NCBI GenBank assembly: GCA_049967655.1
Contig: JBMFSH010000007.1
Span: 1 to 64,000, forward strand
From: Acidobacteriota bacterium
Lineage (GTDB): Bacteria > Acidobacteriota > UBA4820 > DSQY01
DNA length: 64,000 bases
Direction: 5' to 3'
The first letter of the stretch is position 1; each line of letters begins with the position of its first letter. Of the stretch, positions 18,257 to 32,164 are shown one piece after another. Below the pieces are notes generated by a model that was given only the letters and a program-made list of their open reading frames with translations, made no database searches and was not told where the DNA came from. A program made the translations under genes and the position numbers.

Positions 18257-19318
18257 ATGATGAACAAGACGATGTTGGGATTGGGGGCTCTGGCCCTGGC
18301 TCTCCTGGCTGGCTGCTCCCATCCGGTGGAACGGCGCGGGCCCGTAACCGCAACGCCGGTGAAGACGGTCCAGGTGGAGGAGCGCTCCCTGCCCTCCCCG
18401 GAGGACTTTGTCGGCAACGTGCAGAGCCGCCAGGCGGTCATGATCTCCACGAAGATGATGGGAAGGATCCTGAAGATCGACGTGGAGGAGGGGCAGGCGG
18501 TCAGGAAGGGCCAGCCCCTCGTGGACGTGGACGCCTCCGAGGCTCAGGGCGCCTACGCCCAGGCCAAGGCCGGTCTCGACGCCGCCGACGTGGCGCTTCG
18601 CAACGCCGAGCGGGACGAGGCTCGGTTCAAGGCACTCTACGCCCAGAAGGCCGTCACCAAGCACCAGCTCGAGCAGGTGGAGATGGGGCTGGCTGCGGCC
18701 AAGGCGCAGAAAGCGCAGGCCGAGGCCGGCCTCAAGATGTCCGGCACGCTGCTCACCTACGGCAGAATTCTGGCCCCCGACGACGGCATCGTTACCAAGA
18801 AGTGGATGGACGCGGGCAACCTGGCCTACCCCGGCGCTCCCATCCTGACCCTCGAAAATCCGAAGGAGCTGGAGGTCACCGTGGCCGTGCCCGAGGGCAA
18901 GGCCCGCCTGCTGGCCGCCGGCCAGAAGGCCGAGGTGAGTCTGGAGGGCGGCGCACCGCCCATCGAGGTGCCGGTGACGGCGGTGGTGGAGGCGGCCGAC
19001 CCCATGAGCCGGACCTCCACGGTGAAGCTCTCCCTGCCCAACGACCGGGGGCTCAGGCCCGGCCAGTTCCTCCACGTCCGCTTCGACGCCCTGTCGGTGA
19101 AGGGCCTGGCCGTTCCGGCCGACGCCCTGATCAGCGAGGGGCAAATGGACGGGGTCTTCGTGGCGGACGGGAGCGTGGCCCGCCTTCGGTGGATCCAGAC
19201 GGGACAGAGGACCGAAGGACTGGTTCAGGTCCTGTCGGGTCTTCAGGCGGGCGAGCGCGTCGTCTCGCCGGTGCCGGAGGGGCTCGCCGACGGGACGCCC
19301 ATCGAGGTGCAGCCATGA
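18257..19318 (+). CDS. RND efflux periplasmic adaptor (MFP) lipoprotein
   Basis: Lipobox LAGC, lipoyl half-motifs V.EG..V.KGQ.L and I.AP.DG.V, LRPGQF, GL..GE.VV. Confidence 0.9.
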   Translation: MMNKTMLGLGALALALLAGCSHPVERRGPVTATPVKTVQVEERSLPSPEDFVGNVQSRQAVMISTKMMGRILKIDVEEGQAVRKGQPLVDVDASEAQGAYAQAKAGLDAADVALRNAERDEARFKALYAQKAVTKHQLEQVEMGLAAAKAQKAQAEAGLKMSGTLLTYGRILAPDDGIVTKKWMDAGNLAYPGAPILTLENPKELEVTVAVPEGKARLLAAGQKAEVSLEGGAPPIEVPVTAVVEAADPMSRTSTVKLSLPNDRGLRPGQFLHVRFDALSVKGLAVPADALISEGQMDGVFVADGSVARLRWIQTGQRTEGLVQVLSGLQAGERVVSPVPEGLADGTPIEVQP

Positions 19319-22300
19319 TCAAAGTCGGGCCTTCGGGGCGGGTGGCCCACTATTTCATCAACAACAAGCTCACCCTCCTCTTCATCATCACCTCCCTGAT
19401 CCTGGGCGTCTTCGCGGTCATCATGACCCCGCGCGAGGAGGACCCCCAGATCCGCGTGCCCATGGTGGACGTCATCCTCCCCATGCCGGGAGCTTCACCC
19501 CGGGAGGTCGAGCAGCGCGTCGTCACCCCCATGGAAAAGCTCATGTGGGAGATCCCGAACGTGGAGTACGTCTACTCCACATCGAGCGCCAACATGGGGC
19601 TGGTCATCGTCCGCTTCAAGGTGAACTCCAGCGAGGACACGGCGCTGCTTAAGATCTACGACAAGGTGGCCGGGCACATGAACGAGATGCCCAAGGGCGC
19701 CATGATGCCGCTGATCAAGATGCACTCCATCAACGACGTGCCCGTCCTGGCGCTGACCCTGTGGGGGAAGGGCTACGACGCCTACACGCTGACGCGCATC
19801 GCTCAGGAGCTGGAGCTGAAGCTGCGGGACGTGCCCGACACCTCCACGGTGGACATCTTGGGGGCCCAGCGCCGCGAAGTGAGGGTGGTTCTGGATCCCG
19901 TCCGCATGGCGGCCCACCACGTGAATCCCCTGGCCATCGCCCAGAGCCTCCAGGCCTTCAACTCGCGGCTGCCCGCCGGAGACCTCGTCAACAACAACCG
20001 GGACATCCGCCTGGAGGTGGGCTCCTGGCTCAAGGACAAGCAGGACGTGGCCTCGGTGCTCGTGGGCTTCTTCATGGGCAAGCCCGTCTACCTCGGTGAC
20101 GTGGCGACCATCGAGGATGGCCCCCCGCTGCCCAACCAGTACGTCCTCTTCGGCGTCGGCCCCGCGGCGGGCGAGGTGGCCGGCATGCCCAAGGACGCGC
20201 ACGGCGACTACCCGGCGGTGACCCTGACGGTGGCCAAGCGCCCCGGCGTGAACGCGACTATCCTGAACGAGCAGCTCCTGAGGAAGGTGAACGACCTCAA
20301 GGGGACGCTGCTCCCGCGCAACCTGACCGTCACCATCACGAGGGATTACGGCCGGACCGCCGACGAGAAGTCCAACGAGCTGATCCAGCACCTGCTTCTG
20401 GCCACCCTGTCGGTGGTGCTCCTCATCGCCCTCATGCTGGGGTGGCGGGAATCTCTCGTGGTGGGCATCGCGGTCCCCGTGACGCTGGCCTTCACCCTGC
20501 TCATTTACTACCTTGCCGGATACACGTTGAACCGCGTCACCCTCTTTGCCCTCATCTTCTCCATCGGCATCCTGGTGGACGACGCCATCGTCGTTGTGGA
20601 GAACATTTACCGCCACTTCACCATGAAGGACGGCAGGAGCCTCATGCGCAAGGCCATCGAGGCGGTGGACGAGGTGGGCAATCCCACCATCCTGGCCACC
20701 TTCACGGTCATCGCCGCCATCCTCCCCATGGCCTTCGTGCGAGGCATGATGGGGCCCTACATGCGCCCCATTCCCGTGGGCGCTACGGCGGCCATGCTCG
20801 TCTCGCTCCTCGTGGCCTTCATGGTGTCGCCGTGGGCCGCCTACCGCCTCCTGAAGAACAAGGTCCACCCGGAGGAGAGCGAGGGCAAGATGATGGGGCG
20901 CCTCTTGGCCCTTTACCGGAGGGTCATGACCCCTCTGACGCACAACCGGAAGTACGGGCTTCTGTTCCTGGGGGTGACCGTCCTGCTGCTGGCTGGGGCC
21001 GTCTCCCTGGTCCTCTTCAAGGTCGTGAAGGTCAAGATGCTCCCCTTTGACAACAAGAGCGAGTTCCAGGTGATGGTGGACATGCCCGCGGGCACACCCC
21101 TCGAGAAGAGCCTGAGCGCGGCGCAGGCGCTGGCCCACAAGCTGACCGAGATGAAGGAGGTGACCGACTACCAGATCTACGCGGGAACCTCGGCGCCCAT
21201 CACCTTCAACGGGCTGGTGCGCCACTACTACATGCGCCGGCTGCCGTACGACGCGGACATCCAGGTGAACCTTGTTCCCAAGGACGAGCGCAGCCTCCAG
21301 AGCCACGACCTGGCGAAACGAGCCCGGAAGCTCCTGGAGCCCTTGGCCCAGCAGCTCGGCGTGGCCCTCAAGGTGGTGGAGATCCCGCCGGGGCCGCCCG
21401 TCCTCTCCACTCTGGTGGCCGAGATTTACGGCCCCCACTTCGAGGGGCAAGAGCAGGTGGCGCAGCAGGTGCTCCACCTCTTTAGGACAACGCCGGGCGT
21501 GGTGGACAGCGACATTTTCGCCCTGGCGCCGCAGGAGCAGATCGATCTCAAGGTGGACCCCAAGAAGGTAGCCTCCGCAGGTTTTTCGGTCATGGAGGTG
21601 ACGCAGGCCGTCTCCATGGCGGTCCACGGGGCGCCGGTCACGGACGCCCACCTGCCCCGCGAGCGGGACACCGTTCCCATCGTCATCCGCATGCCCCGGG
21701 CGGCGCGCTACGATCTCTCGGCCCTCGGCTCGCTCCAGCTCCAGAACCGCCAGGGCACGCTCGTTCCACTCTCGCAGCTCGTGGACGTGGTGAAGACCAC
21801 GGTGCCGCAGGAGATCTACCACAAGAACCTCAAGCGGGTGGTCTACGTGGTGGGCGACGTGGCCGGGAAGCTGGAAAGCCCCGTCTACGCCATGTTCAAG
21901 CTGAACGACAGGCTCGCCAAGCTCCATCTTCCCGACGGCCGGGTGGGTCTTCCCCGCCTCTACACGGAGGCGCCCTTCACGACGGACCGTTACGCCATGA
22001 AGTGGGACGGCGAGTGGCAGATCACCTACGAGGTCTTCAGGGACCTGGGCATCGCCTTCGCCCTCGTGCTGGTGCTCATGTACATCCTCGTGGTGGGATG
22101 GTTCAAGAGCTACCTCACGCCGCTGGCGATCATGGCGCCCATCCCCCTCTCCCTGGTGGGTATCATCCCGGCCCACGGGCTGCTCGGGGCCTTCTTTACG
22201 GCCACCTCCATGATCGGCTTCATCGCTCTGGCCGGCATCGTGGTGCGCAACTCCATCCTCGTCATCGACTTCGCCGAGATGAAGATGCGGCAGGGCATGC

Positions 22301-22548
22301 CCGTCAAGGACGCGGTGGTGGAGGGCGGTGCGGTGCGTTTCCGTCCCATGCTCCTCACCGCCCTCGCCGTCGTTGTGGGGTCGTCGGTCATGCTCACCGA
22401 TCCGATCTTCCAGGGCATGGCCATTGCCCTCATGGCCGGCGAGGTGGCCTCCACCCTCCTCTCGTGGGGCGCTGTGCCGGTGCTGTACGTGCTCTTCTAC
22501 GGCGACAAGGCCGCCGTCCACGACGAGGACTTCGAGGAAGAGGAATGA
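19315..22548 (+). CDS. RND efflux transporter permease (AcrB/AcrD/AcrF family, 1077 aa)
   Basis: PREEDPQI, IGILVDDAIVVVENI, GIVVRNSIL, RFRPMLLT; ATG overlaps the MFP stop. Confidence 0.93.
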   Translation: MIKVGPSGRVAHYFINNKLTLLFIITSLILGVFAVIMTPREEDPQIRVPMVDVILPMPGASPREVEQRVVTPMEKLMWEIPNVEYVYSTSSANMGLVIVRFKVNSSEDTALLKIYDKVAGHMNEMPKGAMMPLIKMHSINDVPVLALTLWGKGYDAYTLTRIAQELELKLRDVPDTSTVDILGAQRREVRVVLDPVRMAAHHVNPLAIAQSLQAFNSRLPAGDLVNNNRDIRLEVGSWLKDKQDVASVLVGFFMGKPVYLGDVATIEDGPPLPNQYVLFGVGPAAGEVAGMPKDAHGDYPAVTLTVAKRPGVNATILNEQLLRKVNDLKGTLLPRNLTVTITRDYGRTADEKSNELIQHLLLATLSVVLLIALMLGWRESLVVGIAVPVTLAFTLLIYYLAGYTLNRVTLFALIFSIGILVDDAIVVVENIYRHFTMKDGRSLMRKAIEAVDEVGNPTILATFTVIAAILPMAFVRGMMGPYMRPIPVGATAAMLVSLLVAFMVSPWAAYRLLKNKVHPEESEGKMMGRLLALYRRVMTPLTHNRKYGLLFLGVTVLLLAGAVSLVLFKVVKVKMLPFDNKSEFQVMVDMPAGTPLEKSLSAAQALAHKLTEMKEVTDYQIYAGTSAPITFNGLVRHYYMRRLPYDADIQVNLVPKDERSLQSHDLAKRARKLLEPLAQQLGVALKVVEIPPGPPVLSTLVAEIYGPHFEGQEQVAQQVLHLFRTTPGVVDSDIFALAPQEQIDLKVDPKKVASAGFSVMEVTQAVSMAVHGAPVTDAHLPRERDTVPIVIRMPRAARYDLSALGSLQLQNRQGTLVPLSQLVDVVKTTVPQEIYHKNLKRVVYVVGDVAGKLESPVYAMFKLNDRLAKLHLPDGRVGLPRLYTEAPFTTDRYAMKWDGEWQITYEVFRDLGIAFALVLVLMYILVVGWFKSYLTPLAIMAPIPLSLVGIIPAHGLLGAFFTATSMIGFIALAGIVVRNSILVIDFAEMKMRQGMPVKDAVVEGGAVRFRPMLLTALAVVVGSSVMLTDPIFQGMAIALMAGEVASTLLSWGAVPVLYVLFYGDKAAVHDEDFEEEE

Positions 22549-22550
22549 CC

Positions 22551-22645
22551 TTACCGCGGAGCGCACCGAGCACACGGAGGAGGACGACGCCTTCTGAGAT
22601 CCGGGTCTGCTGTTTGTCCTCGGCCTCCGTGTGCTCCGTGGTGAA
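22551..22645. repeat. Palindromic intergenic element of the same family as the nuo spacer elements
   Basis: TTACCGCGGAGCGCACCGAGCACACGGAGG...CCTCCGTGTGCTCCGTGGTGAA, with 9-nt periodicity. Confidence 0.75.
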
Positions 22646-22663
22646 TGCCATCGAGGTGTCGAG

Positions 22664-22972
22664 ATGAAGATGCTCTTTCTGGTGACGGATAGTGAGTACG
22701 AGTCGCACTGCATGAACACTCTGAAGGAGAAGGGGGTGACCGGCTACACGGTGATTCCCGAGGTCCTGGGCTTCGGACGCACGGGTGCCAAGATGGGAGA
22801 CCGGGTCCACCCGGGGGCGTCGGTGATCGTGGTGTCGGTGGTGACCGACGAGGTGGTGGAGGATCTGCTGGGATGTCTTCGGCAGTGCATCTCCGACAAG
22901 AAGATCTCGGAATCTACCCATGCCTGGGTGCTCCCGGTGGAAGGCGTCCTTCATGGGGGCCCTGAGATCTGA
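22664..22972 (+). CDS. PII-like (GlnB-fold) transporter-associated protein, resembling the PG0541 family
   Basis: 102 aa; MKMLF..., GVTGYT.I..V.G.G..G, V.DE.V..L, AWV.PVE pattern; last gene of the RND operon. Confidence 0.75.
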   Translation: MKMLFLVTDSEYESHCMNTLKEKGVTGYTVIPEVLGFGRTGAKMGDRVHPGASVIVVSVVTDEVVEDLLGCLRQCISDKKISESTHAWVLPVEGVLHGGPEI

Positions 22973-23029
22973 GATTGGCAGGGGACGGCGCCCGCCGCCC
23001 CCCCTTCCGCCTTTTGGGTCGGGCTGGGG

Positions 23030-23058
23030 TTGACGCCTTGCGCTGATGCTCCTAGCAT
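23030..23058 (+). promoter_or_regulatory. sigma70-type promoter
   Basis: TTGACG-17 nt-TAGCAT. Confidence 0.55.
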
Positions 23059-23103
23059 GACGCCGGGGATGTCCACTCGGGACAGCCGGGAGGGAATTCC
23101 GCG

Positions 23104-25158
23104 TTGAGCGCGGGAGGTCGTGCTGTGCCGCGTCGAAAGAGTTCCGATCCCGTAGAGAAGGCCCTCCAAGCTCTTCCCTGGCCGGCCCTGATCCTGAGAG
23201 CGGAGGGGACCATCCTCTCCGCCAACCGGGCGGCGGGGGTGCTGCTGGACAGCGCGCCGGCGAAGCTGAGAATGAGGAACATCAAGGAGTTGGCGTGGCC
23301 GGATGAGGGGCCGAGGCTGGAGCGTCTGCTGGCCGGAGAAGACGGGTTGTCCATCGAGGGAGTTCGCATGATGGCCCCCGGCGGGAAGGAGATCAGACTT
23401 CGGATCGGCCTGGCGGGGCCCGCGCCAGAAGGGGATGGAGGGCGTCTGCTGGCGGTCCTCTCCTTCCTGGCCTCCGGGGGAGTGAGCCGCGATCCGAGGC
23501 CGGCCCCGGAGGCTCGGTGGGAGTGGGACCGCGCGGAGGGGCGCGTGACGTGCTCGCCCGAGTGGTGCTCTCTGCTCGGCTACGAGAGGGACGAGGCCCC
23601 GAAAACGCTGCGGGCCTGGGTGGATCTTTTGCACCCGGACGATCAACCGGCCTTCCAGTACAAGCTGGAGGCCCTCCTCTCGGGCGAGGCGCCCGATCTG
23701 GAACAGGAACTCCGCATGCGTCACGCGGACGGCGAGTACCGTTGGCTCCTGACTGAGGTCGAGGTGGTTCGCGACTCGGGCGGCAAGGCCGCCCGCCTCT
23801 CGGGCCGACAGCGTGAGCTGGGCGAAGAGCCCGACCCGGAAGAGGGGGCCATTGCGGAGGGTTTTCGCGATCCTCTCACGGGTCTCCCGACGAGGGCGCT
23901 CCTGCTGGACCGCCTCGGACTGGCCATGGCCCGGGCCCGCCGACGAACGGGCCACCTCTTCGCCGTGCTCTGTCTGGGGCTGGACCGCTTCCGCCTGATC
24001 AACGAGGGGCTCGGCTACGCCGCCGGCGACCGGCTCCTGCAAGAGGTGGCACGGCGGCTCGAAGGATGCCGCAGGGGGTCCGACACGGTGGCGCGGACCG
24101 GGGGCGACGAAATCGGTATCCTTCTGGACGACATCCGCTCCGTGGGAGACGCGACGGCCTTCGCGGAGAGGCTCCACCAGGCCCTCAAGGCTCCCGTGGT
24201 GGTGGAGGGGCACGATCTCTTCACCTCGGGCAGCGTGGGGATCGTGCTGAGCTCTCCCTCCTACCACTCGGCGGAGGAGATGCTCCGGGACGCGGACATC
24301 GCCATGCACAGGGCGAAGAGCATGGGGCGCGGTCGCTACGCGCTGTTCGACACGAGCATGTACATCCGCACCGTGGAGATCCTGGAGCTCGAGACCGAGC
24401 TGAGGCGAGCGGTGGAGCAGTCCGGCTTTCACCTGCACTATCAGCCGATCGTCTCTCTGCTGACGGGGCGCCTCGCCGGCTTCGAGGCGCTGATCCGCTG
24501 GACGCATCCCACCCGAGGCTTGGTGGAACCGAGCGAGTTCGTCCCCCTGGCGGAAGAGACGGGCCTGGTGGTCCCCATGGGCCGGTGGGTTCTGGAGAGC
24601 GCCTGCAAGCAGTTGAAGAGCTGGCTGGTCCGCTTCCCGCAGAACCGCTCCCTCTGGGTCAGCGTCAACGTATCGGGAATCCAGCTCTTGCAGCCCGAGC
24701 TCATCATGCAGATCGACCTGGCCCTGAGGGAAAGCGGTCTGGCCGGGCGGAACCTGAAGCTGGAGCTGACGGAGAGCGTGATCATGGAGAACGCCCATTA
24801 CGCCTACGACATGATGGTGCAGCTGAGGGCCCAGGAGATCCGGCTCTGCATCGACGACTTCGGCACGGGCTACTCCTCCATGAGCTACCTGAGGCGCTAC
24901 CCCGTGGACGCCCTGAAGATCGACCAGTCCTTCGTGTCCCGAATGGAGGAGGACGAGGAGAGCCGGGAGATCGTGCGCTCCATCCTACAGATGGGTAAGG
25001 GCCTCAAGATGGAAGTCATCGCGGAAGGGGTGGAGACGGCCGGGCAGCGCGATCTCCTCAAGCGGCTCGGCTGCGAACTGGGGCAGGGCTTCTTCTTCCA
25101 CCGGCCCATGGGGGCGGAGGCGGTGGAATCGCTCCTCGCCTCCAAACGTTCAGGCTGA
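23104..25158 (+). CDS. PAS-PAS-GGDEF-EAL c-di-GMP protein, probably a phosphodiesterase (start uncertain)
   Basis: [41 protein letters not shown]. Confidence 0.9.
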   Translation: MSAGGRAVPRRKSSDPVEKALQALPWPALILRAEGTILSANRAAGVLLDSAPAKLRMRNIKELAWPDEGPRLERLLAGEDGLSIEGVRMMAPGGKEIRLRIGLAGPAPEGDGGRLLAVLSFLASGGVSRDPRPAPEARWEWDRAEGRVTCSPEWCSLLGYERDEAPKTLRAWVDLLHPDDQPAFQYKLEALLSGEAPDLEQELRMRHADGEYRWLLTEVEVVRDSGGKAARLSGRQRELGEEPDPEEGAIAEGFRDPLTGLPTRALLLDRLGLAMARARRRTGHLFAVLCLGLDRFRLINEGLGYAAGDRLLQEVARRLEGCRRGSDTVARTGGDEIGILLDDIRSVGDATAFAERLHQALKAPVVVEGHDLFTSGSVGIVLSSPSYHSAEEMLRDADIAMHRAKSMGRGRYALFDTSMYIRTVEILELETELRRAVEQSGFHLHYQPIVSLLTGRLAGFEALIRWTHPTRGLVEPSEFVPLAEETGLVVPMGRWVLESACKQLKSWLVRFPQNRSLWVSVNVSGIQLLQPELIMQIDLALRESGLAGRNLKLELTESVIMENAHYAYDMMVQLRAQEIRLCIDDFGTGYSSMSYLRRYPVDALKIDQSFVSRMEEDEESREIVRSILQMGKGLKMEVIAEGVETAGQRDLLKRLGCELGQGFFFHRPMGAEAVESLLASKRSG

Positions 25159-25208
25159 GGGCGGCGGGAACCGCACTGGCGTGCCGAGGCCGACCCCGGA
25201 AGCAGCAA

Positions 25209-27203
25209 ATGGCTGAAAAGTCCTTCCATCTGACGGCCCCCTTCGAGCCCACGGGGGACCAGCCGGCCGCCATTGAGGCCCTGACCCGCCAGATCCTGGC
25301 GGGCGAGACGCACTCCACGCTCCTAGGGGTCACGGGCTCGGGCAAGACCTTCACCATGGCTGCCGTGGCGGCGGCCTTGAACCGCCCCACCCTGGTCATC
25401 GCCCACAACAAGACCCTGGCCGCCCAGCTCTACTCGGAATTCCGGCAGTTCTTTCCAGACAACGCCGTGGAGTACTTCGTCTCCTACTACGACTACTACC
25501 AGCCCGAGGCCTACGTTCCGGCCAGCGACACCTACATCGAGAAGGAGGCCACGATCAACGAGGAGATCGACCGCCTGCGCCTTTCCGCCACCCGCAGTCT
25601 GCGCGAGCGCCGGGACGTGCTGATCGTGGCCTCGGTCTCGTGCATCTACGGCCTCGGCGAGCCGGAATCGTACTACGGCATGACCCAGCCGCTGCAGGTG
25701 GGTGAGAGCCAGGACCGCCAGAAGCTCCTGAGACGGCTGGTGGACATGCTCTACACCCGGACCCCGTCGGTGTTGGAGCGGGGCCGTTTCAGGGTCCGAG
25801 GGGACGTGATCGAGCTCTATCCGTCTTACGCGGAGGAGGTCTACCGCATCGACCTCTTCGGGGACCAGGTGGAACAGCTCCTGCGGGTGGACCCCCTCAC
25901 GGGAGAGATTCTCGAGGAGATGGAGCGGCTCACCATCTACCCCCGCACCCACTACGCCACGCCGAGGGAGCAGGTGGTGGCGGCTGTGGAATCCATCAAA
26001 GGGGAGCTGCAGGCGCGGCTGGCCGAGCTGGAGGGCCAGGGGCGGCTGCTGGAGGCCCAGCGCCTGGCCCAGCGGACGCAGTTCGACATCGAGATGATGC
26101 TGGAGATCGGCTACTGCAACGGCGTGGAGAATTACTCCCGGCACCTGACGGGGAGAGCCCCCGGCGAACCCCCGCCGACGCTGATCGAGTACCTGCCCAC
26201 GGACGCCCTCATCTTTCTGGACGAATCGCACATGACGGTTCCCCAGCTCCAGGCCATGTACCGAGGCGACCGGTCGCGTAAGGAGACCTTGGTGGAGTAT
26301 GGCTTCCGCCTTCCCTGCGCCCTGGACAACCGGCCGCTCAAATTCGAGGAGTTCATGGCCATGGCCCCGCAGATCGTCTACGTCTCCGCCACGCCGGCCG
26401 CCTACGAGGTAAAGGCCGCGGGAGGAATAACCGCCGAGCAGGTGGTGCGGCCCACGGGGCTGATGGATCCCGAGATCGAGGTCCGGCCGGCCACCGGGCA
26501 GGTGGAGGACCTCTACCGGGAGTGCACGGAGGTCACCGCCAGGGGCCAGCGGGTGCTCGTGACCACCATGACGAAGAAGATGGCCGAGGAGCTCACGCGC
26601 TACCTGAAGGAGCTGGGGCTCAAGGTCGGTTACCTGCACAGCGACGTGGAGACGCTGGAGCGGGTCAGGATCCTGCGGGATTTGCGACGCGGCGAGATCG
26701 AGGTCCTGGTGGGCGTCAACCTCCTCCGTGAGGGGCTCGACCTTCCCGAGGTGAGCCGGGTGGCCGTCCTGGACGCCGACAAGGAGGGCTTCCTGCGAAG
26801 CCGGGGTGCGCTGATCCAGACCATGGGCAGGGCCGCGCGGAACGTGGAGGGAAGGGCCATCCTTTATGCCGACCGGGTCACGGAGGCCATGCGACAGGCC
26901 CTGGAGGAGACGAGCCGCCGGCGGGAGAGGCAGGCGGCCTACAACGAGGAGCACGGAATCACCCCCCAGAGCATCGTCAAGAACCTCGAGACTATCCTCT
27001 CCAGCGTGTTTGAGATGGACTACTACGGCGTTCCCGGGGTGGCCGAGGAGGCCGGCGACTATATGGAGCCTGAAGAGGCCGCGCGACGGATCGCCGCGCT
27101 GGAAAAGGAGATGTTCGCCGCCGCCGAGGCCATGCGGTACGAGGAGGCCGCGGCCCTGCGCGACCAGATCACCGGTCTGCGCGAACGGCTCGTCAGGCAG
27201 TAG
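25209..27203 (+). CDS. uvrB: Excinuclease ABC subunit B
   Basis: [39 protein letters not shown]-terminal UVR domain. Confidence 0.98.
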   Translation: MAEKSFHLTAPFEPTGDQPAAIEALTRQILAGETHSTLLGVTGSGKTFTMAAVAAALNRPTLVIAHNKTLAAQLYSEFRQFFPDNAVEYFVSYYDYYQPEAYVPASDTYIEKEATINEEIDRLRLSATRSLRERRDVLIVASVSCIYGLGEPESYYGMTQPLQVGESQDRQKLLRRLVDMLYTRTPSVLERGRFRVRGDVIELYPSYAEEVYRIDLFGDQVEQLLRVDPLTGEILEEMERLTIYPRTHYATPREQVVAAVESIKGELQARLAELEGQGRLLEAQRLAQRTQFDIEMMLEIGYCNGVENYSRHLTGRAPGEPPPTLIEYLPTDALIFLDESHMTVPQLQAMYRGDRSRKETLVEYGFRLPCALDNRPLKFEEFMAMAPQIVYVSATPAAYEVKAAGGITAEQVVRPTGLMDPEIEVRPATGQVEDLYRECTEVTARGQRVLVTTMTKKMAEELTRYLKELGLKVGYLHSDVETLERVRILRDLRRGEIEVLVGVNLLREGLDLPEVSRVAVLDADKEGFLRSRGALIQTMGRAARNVEGRAILYADRVTEAMRQALEETSRRRERQAAYNEEHGITPQSIVKNLETILSSVFEMDYYGVPGVAEEAGDYMEPEEAARRIAALEKEMFAAAEAMRYEEAAALRDQITGLRERLVRQ

Positions 27204-27218
27204 TCCTCGCTGCCTCCC

Positions 27219-28493
<1,275 letters not shown>

Positions 28494-28551
28494 CATACCG
28501 TGCTCAGGGCAGAGACCTGAGCGGAGCCAATCCGCAAAGAGGAGCGATTCT

Positions 28552-30471
<1,920 letters not shown>

Positions 30472-30588
30472 TGGCACTGTAGGGAAGTTCCTTGCCCTGA
30501 GGGAGGGGAGGTGGGCAGGCCCCCGCGACTTCCAGGTGGGATCGCCTGCTTTGCCTCCCCGCTCGGGGCCATTTCCCAAGGAGGACCC

Positions 30589-31020
30589 ATGGCCGTTGGA
30601 GGCGAATCCCTCAAGGAGCTGATTCATCTGCGGCGCCGGCTGAACAAGCTCTTCGACGAGATGATCCAGCCCGACCGAGCTTCGGGACCTCTCCCAGAAT
30701 TCACCTGGATGCCCTCCGCGGACGTTTTTGAAGATGATCGGTGCTACTGCGTCGAGGTCGAGCTCCCGGGCGTCGCCATCGAGGACGTGGTGGTCACCGT
30801 AGATGGCAGTGTCCTGAGCGTTTCCGGTCAGAGGAGGCCGAGGAGCGAAATCTCAAAGGAGAGCGCCCAGCGCATCGAGCGCTACGTCGGTCCGTTCCTC
30901 CGGGAGTTCTCCTTTCCCGAGGCGCTCGATGCCGAGCCCGTGGAGGCGAGCCTTCGGGATGGGGTGCTCCGGCTCACGGTTCCCAAGAGGGAGCAGCGGC
31001 GGAAGGTCCTAGTGCGTTAA
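30589..31020 (+). CDS. Hsp20/alpha-crystallin small heat-shock protein
   Basis: P.ADVFE, ELPGV, IER..G.F.R.F..P, DGVL..TVPK; AAGGAGG RBS. Confidence 0.9.
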   Translation: MAVGGESLKELIHLRRRLNKLFDEMIQPDRASGPLPEFTWMPSADVFEDDRCYCVEVELPGVAIEDVVVTVDGSVLSVSGQRRPRSEISKESAQRIERYVGPFLREFSFPEALDAEPVEASLRDGVLRLTVPKREQRRKVLVR

Positions 31021-31056
31021 GGCTCAGAGACCCCACGCAGCCGAGGTGATCGACCG

Positions 31057-32160
31057 ATGCCGAGCAAGGACCTTTACGCCGTCCTGGAACTCCCCCACGG
31101 GGCCTCCGCAGCCGAGGTCAAGAAGGCCTACAAGCGGCTGGCCCGCAAGTACCATCCCGATTTGAACCCGGGAGACAAGAACGCGGAGGATCGCTTCAAG
31201 GAAATCTCCGAGGCCCACGCCATCCTCACCAACCCGGAAAAGAAGAGGCAGTACGACGCTTACGGCACCGCCGGACCGGAAGCTTCCGCCGATCCGAGGG
31301 TCCATTTCACGGGATTCGACTTCGACGCCGGCCCGGTGGCGGGAGGGTTTTCGGATCTGTTCGAGACCATCCTCGACCACGCGCACCAGGGGCGTTCGCG
31401 AGGCCCGGAACCGGGGCAGGACCTGGTCTATCCCCTCACCATTACGATCCAAGAGGCCTTCCACGGCAAGAAGGCCAGGATCGCCGTCACCCACACGGTC
31501 TCCTGCGAGCGTTGCGGGGGGCAGGGCCGCCTGTCGCCCTCCCGAAAGCGCCCCTGCGCAAAATGCGGGGGGACGGGCAAGGTGGGGCTTTCCCGCGGAC
31601 CCTTTTCCTTCGCCAGCGTGTGCAAGGAGTGCGGTGGCACGGGTAGGGATCCGGGCGAACCTTGCCCCGCGTGCGGCGGCACGGGAAGCCGGGAGGTCAG
31701 GGAAACGGTGGACGTGACCATCCCTCCGGGGGTGGACACCGGCTCCCGCATCCGCCTGAAGGGCAAAGGGCAGGCTGGCCGCATGGGCGGCCCCCCCGGG
31801 GATCTGTACATCGAGACCCACGTCCGGGAGGATCCCCGATTCGCCCGTGAAGGGCCGCACGTTCGAGTCCGTGTCCCCATCACCTACGTGGAGGCCGTGC
31901 TCGGGGCCAAGATCGAGGTTCCCACGCTCACGGGCCACGCCCTCCTGAAGATTCCTCCGGGCACCCAATCCGGTCAGGTCTTCCGGCTCAAGGAGCGGGG
32001 CATGCCCTCCCTGCGCCACGGCCCGGCCGGTGACCTGCTGGTGGAGGTCTACGTCCAGACGCCCCGGGTGGTGGACGAGCGCAGCAAGGACCTGTTGCGG
32101 GAGTTCGGCCGGTTGAACCCGGAGAACCCTCGTGGCTATACTAATTCCACGGAAGGATAG
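31057..32160 (+). CDS. dnaJ: Chaperone DnaJ
   Basis: J-domain HPD, four CxxCxGxG motifs, C-terminal domain. Confidence 0.95.
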   Translation: MPSKDLYAVLELPHGASAAEVKKAYKRLARKYHPDLNPGDKNAEDRFKEISEAHAILTNPEKKRQYDAYGTAGPEASADPRVHFTGFDFDAGPVAGGFSDLFETILDHAHQGRSRGPEPGQDLVYPLTITIQEAFHGKKARIAVTHTVSCERCGGQGRLSPSRKRPCAKCGGTGKVGLSRGPFSFASVCKECGGTGRDPGEPCPACGGTGSREVRETVDVTIPPGVDTGSRIRLKGKGQAGRMGGPPGDLYIETHVREDPRFAREGPHVRVRVPITYVEAVLGAKIEVPTLTGHALLKIPPGTQSGQVFRLKERGMPSLRHGPAGDLLVEVYVQTPRVVDERSKDLLREFGRLNPENPRGYTNSTEG

Positions 32161-32164
32161 GACC

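Noticed and set aside
19495..22719. Long antisense and alternative-frame ORFs (e.g. 1074 aa here, 50505-53180, 59093-61255, 6380-8833)
   Set aside because: Typical high-GC shadow ORFs over well-supported genes, with no recognisable motifs.
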